This document shows, piece by piece, positions 60,241-64,000 of a stretch of DNA of 64,000 nucleotides; the stretch's first letter is position 1, and the number at the start of each line of letters is the position of its first letter. A program made the position numbers and the translations under genes. The stretch covers positions 872 through 64,871 of the forward strand of contig CAMJAG010000001.1 of NCBI GenBank assembly GCA_946403545.1. Reading direction: 5' to 3'. The notes under the pieces are model-generated. The model searched no databases. It was not told the DNA's origin and worked only from the letters and a program-made list of their open reading frames with translations. This stretch comes from an uncultured Bacillales bacterium. Lineage in GTDB: Bacteria; Bacillota_I; Bacilli_A; RFN20; CAG-826.

Positions 60241-60315
60241 AAACTTTGTCTCCGGAAAAAGACCTTTTGTATTATATGATAAAAATCTAATGATTAATAG
60301 AGAAAATTTTATTTT

Positions 60316-60648
60316 TTATAAATTATCGTTATCTATGTGTTCCATAGTCTCGTAGAAGTCATCTTCATCTTCCTCATCTTCTTCTGATTGAGGTGAGTAT
60401 TTTCTTTTTGGTTTTCTTCTAGTATTAGACTTAGTGTCATATCTTTCTTTAACAAATTGTCTAAGGATATCAAGAGGGAACACTAGTATTCCAATAAATA
60501 GAATTCCTAATCCAATAAAGAATAAATACTTATTAAGAAAATCTATATTTGTATTAGCAAGATAAATAAATAGCCATGCGAAACATGTCATTATTCCTAA
60601 CGCTATTAAACTAACTGCAATAAATTTTCTAAACTTGTACCTACCCAT
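60316..60648 (-). CDS. small membrane protein with an acidic C-terminal tail
   Basis: 110 aa with two TM segments. Tail SEEDEEDEDDF. Confidence 0.45.
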   Translation of the reverse strand: MGRYKFRKFIAVSLIALGIMTCFAWLFIYLANTNIDFLNKYLFFIGLGILFIGILVFPLDILRQFVKERYDTKSNTRRKPKRKYSPQSEEDEEDEDDFYETMEHIDNDNL

Positions 60649-60729
60649 ATAATGTTTTAATTGTAGATTAAACTACAATAATAAACAAGAAGAGATGACT
60701 AATACTGAATTAATTATCTAGAAAACCCT

Positions 60730-60778
60730 GCAAAAACAAAGGATTAGGTTTTTCAATTGCCTAATCCTTGTGCTTTTT
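60730..60778 (-). terminator. intrinsic terminator after the DUF2130-like gene
   Basis: 9-bp stem AGGATTAGG (60740-60748) with CCTAATCCT (60760-60768). U-runs are present on both strands. Confidence 0.65.
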
Positions 60779-60797
60779 TGGTTATTTCACGAAATAA

Positions 60798-62021
60798 CTA
60801 TTTCTTATTTTTCTTAACCTCATCAAACTTCTCTTTCATAGTAGGATTACCATAGGTAAGTTTTCTGATAGTTAAGTCTTGTAGCTTGTCGTTAGCGAGT
60901 CTTAAGTTATTATCTGCGCCTAAGAGATTTTCTTTGATCTTTAAGAGTTTCTTAATTGTGTTATCGATCTCTTCAATAGCAGTGTTGAACTTATTACTTG
61001 CTTGATTGTAGTTGTACATAAACTTATTTTGGAAATCAGTAAGTTTATCTTCAAATGTAGTAATATCAATGTTTTGTTCTTTGATGACTTGTAATTCGTT
61101 TTTATAATTAGCAGCGTTCTTAGCAGCGTTATAAAGTAAACCGATAATTGCCATAAAGCTTTGAGGTCTTACCACAAACATCTTTGGGAATTTATGTGAC
61201 ACATCCACTATTCCAGCGTTATATAAGTCACTGTCTGGTTCTAAAGTAGAAACTAAGACTGCATATTCACAACCTTTCTTATTTCTATCTTCATCAAGTT
61301 TCTTAAAGAAGTCTTCGTTTTTATGTTTAGTAGCAGTTTCATCTGCTTCGTTTTTCATTTCAAACATAATGGAAATGAATTCCACTCCTTGATCAGTGAA
61401 ATCTCTAAAGATAAAGTCTCCTTTAGTGCCTTCATTAACTTCATTATCCTTTTCAAAGTAAGCATTTGGATAACAAACATTTCTATACATTTCAAAGGAG
61501 TTTTTACAATGTTGTTCTAAAGTTTCACCAAGCATTTTAGTGGATGATTTAGTCTTTAAATCCCTGTAAAACTCAATTGTTTCATCTTTCATCTTAATTT
61601 CAGCAGCGTGTTGATTCTTAAGATTTTGTTCTTTAATTTTATATTCGTTTTCTTTGGAATTAAGTTCACCTTTAAGCTCTACGATTTGGAGGTCTTTTTT
61701 ACTAACAGCTTCTTCCACTGCATGTTTTGTTTCATTCTTAGCAGCGTTTAATTCACCTTGTAATTTAGCGAGTTCAACTTCTTTTTGGCTCTTTAAAGAT
61801 TGAAGCTCACTATTAAGTTTATTAATCTTATCTTCAAGTTCTTTTTGACCTTCTTGCTTTGCAAGTTTAAGTTCTAATTCTTTTTGTCTTTTAGCTTCTT
61901 CAAGTCTTCTATTTAATTCTTTATTAAATTCATCATCTTTAATTTGAGATAGTAATTCTTTATAGACATTTTCATCTACAGTAAATACTTCTCCACATTT
62001 AGGACATGTAACTTTTGCCAT
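60798..62021 (-). CDS. DUF2130-like protein (N-terminal zinc ribbon, long coiled coil, C-terminal nuclease-like core)
   Basis: [20 protein letters not shown], then Lys/Glu-rich coiled coil, then GDFIFRD...FEMKNE. Confidence 0.6.
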   Translation of the reverse strand: MAKVTCPKCGEVFTVDENVYKELLSQIKDDEFNKELNRRLEEAKRQKELELKLAKQEGQKELEDKINKLNSELQSLKSQKEVELAKLQGELNAAKNETKHAVEEAVSKKDLQIVELKGELNSKENEYKIKEQNLKNQHAAEIKMKDETIEFYRDLKTKSSTKMLGETLEQHCKNSFEMYRNVCYPNAYFEKDNEVNEGTKGDFIFRDFTDQGVEFISIMFEMKNEADETATKHKNEDFFKKLDEDRNKKGCEYAVLVSTLEPDSDLYNAGIVDVSHKFPKMFVVRPQSFMAIIGLLYNAAKNAANYKNELQVIKEQNIDITTFEDKLTDFQNKFMYNYNQASNKFNTAIEEIDNTIKKLLKIKENLLGADNNLRLANDKLQDLTIRKLTYGNPTMKEKFDEVKKNKK

Positions 62022-62109
62022 ATATTAATCCTCCTTTTAAATAAGGTAACAGTATGTTTTTGTTTGTAATATTATTATACATTTTCCCGCTTAGTTTTTT
62101 AATTCTTTT

Positions 62110-62157
62110 CTAAAAGAAAACAACCCATTGTTAGACTAAATCTAATTCATGGGTTGT
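62110..62157 (-). terminator. intrinsic terminator after the amidase-like gene
   Basis: ACAACCCA (62120-62127) pairs with TGGGTTGT (62150-62157). A U-run follows on the minus strand. Confidence 0.55.
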
Positions 62158-62178
62158 TTTAATTAAATTACGACTTTA

Positions 62179-64000
62179 TTAGAGATCTAAAGTAACTGTG
62201 TTCCAAGTAAGAGTTCCACCATTGAGACCTTCTTGTTTGTCTTTTAAATTCTTAGCCCAGCTAATGTATCTCTTACCATCAATTTTATAACTGATGCCAA
62301 CAGCTGGATTGTTACCATTTACTTGAACATCAATGAACATACCTTCATAAGCGCTTAAGTATCTAGTTGTGCAAATTCCATTTAAACCTGTCCATGTTTT
62401 TGCGTTATTTTCTGTTGTCATTTTGTTTGTAAACGCGATTTGCTTTGAAACACCTTCGATATTGTGAATGTCAAGTCTCCACTTATTTCCTTGCTTACTA
62501 GATAAGCAGAATCTAATGTGTCTTGCGTTATTTGTAACTGTTGTAGGGTTTATGTCAAGAAGATTGTTATCTTTATCGTAATGCCATTTATAAATAGTGA
62601 AGTTTCCGTTACTATCACCCATACTTCTTACACCAAACCATGAACCGTAATAAGCAGCATTAGTGAATTTAACTTCCATTGGTTCACCAGAATATGTAGC
62701 AATATAATCAGCAGTTGCTCTTCTGAAATTCCATCTATTCAAATCGCTTTCAGGTACTAAGTTTGTAATCGCTCTTACATTCCAATATGCTGGACGGCTT
62801 AATTGAATTGTATATGTTTCATTACCATTTGGAGCAATCATGACATGTGTTCTATTTAAGAAAACAGCATAGTTATATTGATCAGGCCATGTATTAGGAC
62901 CCAAAACTCTGTTAACAATTGTGCAATAAGCTGTGTTGTTTTTGACATGATAAACATGCCAGCTTCTTACTAATTGTTCAAGATTTTGTTCATCATGAGA
63001 TTGTCTAACAGCAACTGTCACAAATGAATTAGCAGGAACTTTAACATGTTTGAATTGTACTTCTCGGAAGTGTGAAGCAATTGCTGAGAAGCCACATAAT
63101 TGTGGATAATATGCTGCAATAATGTCTTCATTAGTATTATTGTGGATTTCCATATTATAGTAACTGCCTTCTTTTGATCCAGCTTCTACTGTTAAATATT
63201 CTGTATAGTAATGGTTAGGTTGGACTTGTAAATCACCAACATAATCACCATTTGCAATCATATGTCCAATAACATTTCCACGTGCTACGCCATCTCCAGC
63301 AAAGTAATCACTTGAATAGCAATTAAATCTTCTACAAATATTTACACCTGCATGATAATAAGCAGCAAACACTAATTGTGTACAGTACCAAGTAGAATTG
63401 TTTTCACCCCAAACAGGTCCTTGATAGTCATCAAGTATTTTAAGTGTGTATGGTTTGCCTACTTGAGACACCATGAAACGTACAGCATTTATTCTTTCTG
63501 ATTGACTTGCATAAATTACTCTTAAGACTTTTGTACCAAAACGTAAAATTCTTTCATCATCTAAAACACCAAATCTTACGCCACTAGCGACTGCTTCAAC
63601 AGTTTCAATAAAGTTGAAATATTCGCTGTTTCCATTGGAATTAACAACTCTACCACATTTAAGTGTTTGGACAATCATACCCATATGAGTTACAGCGTTT
63701 ACCATATCCCATGTTTGAACGGTTTGCAAATTTGGACAATCTTCGGTTGTGAGTCCTGATATTGGGTCCCAGACCAAATCGCCAATTTGTAAATAATCAT
63801 AATAGTATTCGAAATTGTTTTCACTAGGATCAAGACTATTAGGATTTCCATAGTAAACTGGTTTTCTAGGTCCATGATTGTTTATATGGTTGTTTGCATC
63901 ATAAGTAGTGTCATAGAAATCAAAATCTCTTATGCTTGATTGCTCTGTTGCCCAATTCTTATCGTTGTTTGAATACCATGATGGTTTTGGTGTATAGCCA
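62179..64000 (-). CDS. permuted papain-like (YiiX/C92-type) amidase-like domain fused to a large beta-rich C-terminal region (N-terminus outside window)
   Basis: The ORF-track start at 63777 is a TTG. My translation shows the frame stays open to 64000. GDLVWD...THMGMIV...WYCTQLVFAAY resembles the YiiX/YebB family pattern. Confidence 0.55.
   Translation of the reverse strand, partial: GYTPKPSWYSNNDKNWATEQSSIRDFDFYDTTYDANNHINNHGPRKPVYYGNPNSLDPSENNFEYYYDYLQIGDLVWDPISGLTTEDCPNLQTVQTWDMVNAVTHMGMIVQTLKCGRVVNSNGNSEYFNFIETVEAVASGVRFGVLDDERILRFGTKVLRVIYASQSERINAVRFMVSQVGKPYTLKILDDYQGPVWGENNSTWYCTQLVFAAYYHAGVNICRRFNCYSSDYFAGDGVARGNVIGHMIANGDYVGDLQVQPNHYYTEYLTVEAGSKEGSYYNMEIHNNTNEDIIAAYYPQLCGFSAIASHFREVQFKHVKVPANSFVTVAVRQSHDEQNLEQLVRSWHVYHVKNNTAYCTIVNRVLGPNTWPDQYNYAVFLNRTHVMIAPNGNETYTIQLSRPAYWNVRAITNLVPESDLNRWNFRRATADYIATYSGEPMEVKFTNAAYYGSWFGVRSMGDSNGNFTIYKWHYDKDNNLLDINPTTVTNNARHIRFCLSSKQGNKWRLDIHNIEGVSKQIAFTNKMTTENNAKTWTGLNGICTTRYLSAYEGMFIDVQVNGNNPAVGISYKIDGKRYISWAKNLKDKQEGLNGGTLTWNTVTLDL

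Noticed and set aside
1-64000. CRISPR arrays, insertion sequences, prophage structural genes
   Set aside because: I saw no regularly spaced direct repeats, no transposase or integrase-like ORFs, and no capsid, terminase or portal-like ORFs on either strand.

Overview
AT-rich, densely coded chromosome segment from a low-GC Gram-positive or Mollicutes-like bacterium. It uses the standard genetic code and has many lipoproteins with Cys lipoboxes. There are no rRNA genes, transposases or CRISPR arrays. Some ORF-track starts are TTG codons or sit upstream of a better SD+ATG start, so I adjusted several starts. The window falls into four blocks. (1) 1-23.8 kb is a large locus for using mannoside or acetylated mannan. 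It holds two GH130 phosphorylases, a LacI regulator, an ABC importer (binding protein, two permeases, and an ATPase with a long extra C-terminus), a GH5/GH30-like lipoprotein, two giant CBM-like lipoproteins, three esterases, and phosphomannomutase plus ManA. (2) 23.8-38.3 kb holds miscellaneous housekeeping genes: an HTH-TrpB fusion, cardiolipin synthase, flotillin, yefM-yoeB, tRNA-Ala(CGC), a GGDEF cyclase, MgtC and an S41 peptidase. (3) 38.3-55.4 kb is an accessory, defence-island-like region and the most interesting part. It starts with a roughly 560-nt GC-enriched, ORF-free, highly base-paired candidate ncRNA. A tandem-TIR gene follows, bracketed by near-identical 35-nt terminator repeats. 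Next come a TIR-methyltransferase fusion and a 793-aa membrane protein. One operon encodes a Sel1-like protein, a soluble VirD4/TraG-like ATPase and an active/inactive ClpP-like pair. A convergent seven-gene operon encodes TerB, a small protein, TerB, RyR, an MBL hydrolase, a TIR-STAND-TPR protein and an IMPase. (4) 55.5-64 kb holds cysK with an Rrf2 regulator, an M13 peptidase, a thioesterase, a DUF2130-like protein and a partial C92-type amidase-like protein. All family assignments rest on motifs read by eye. No database search was run.
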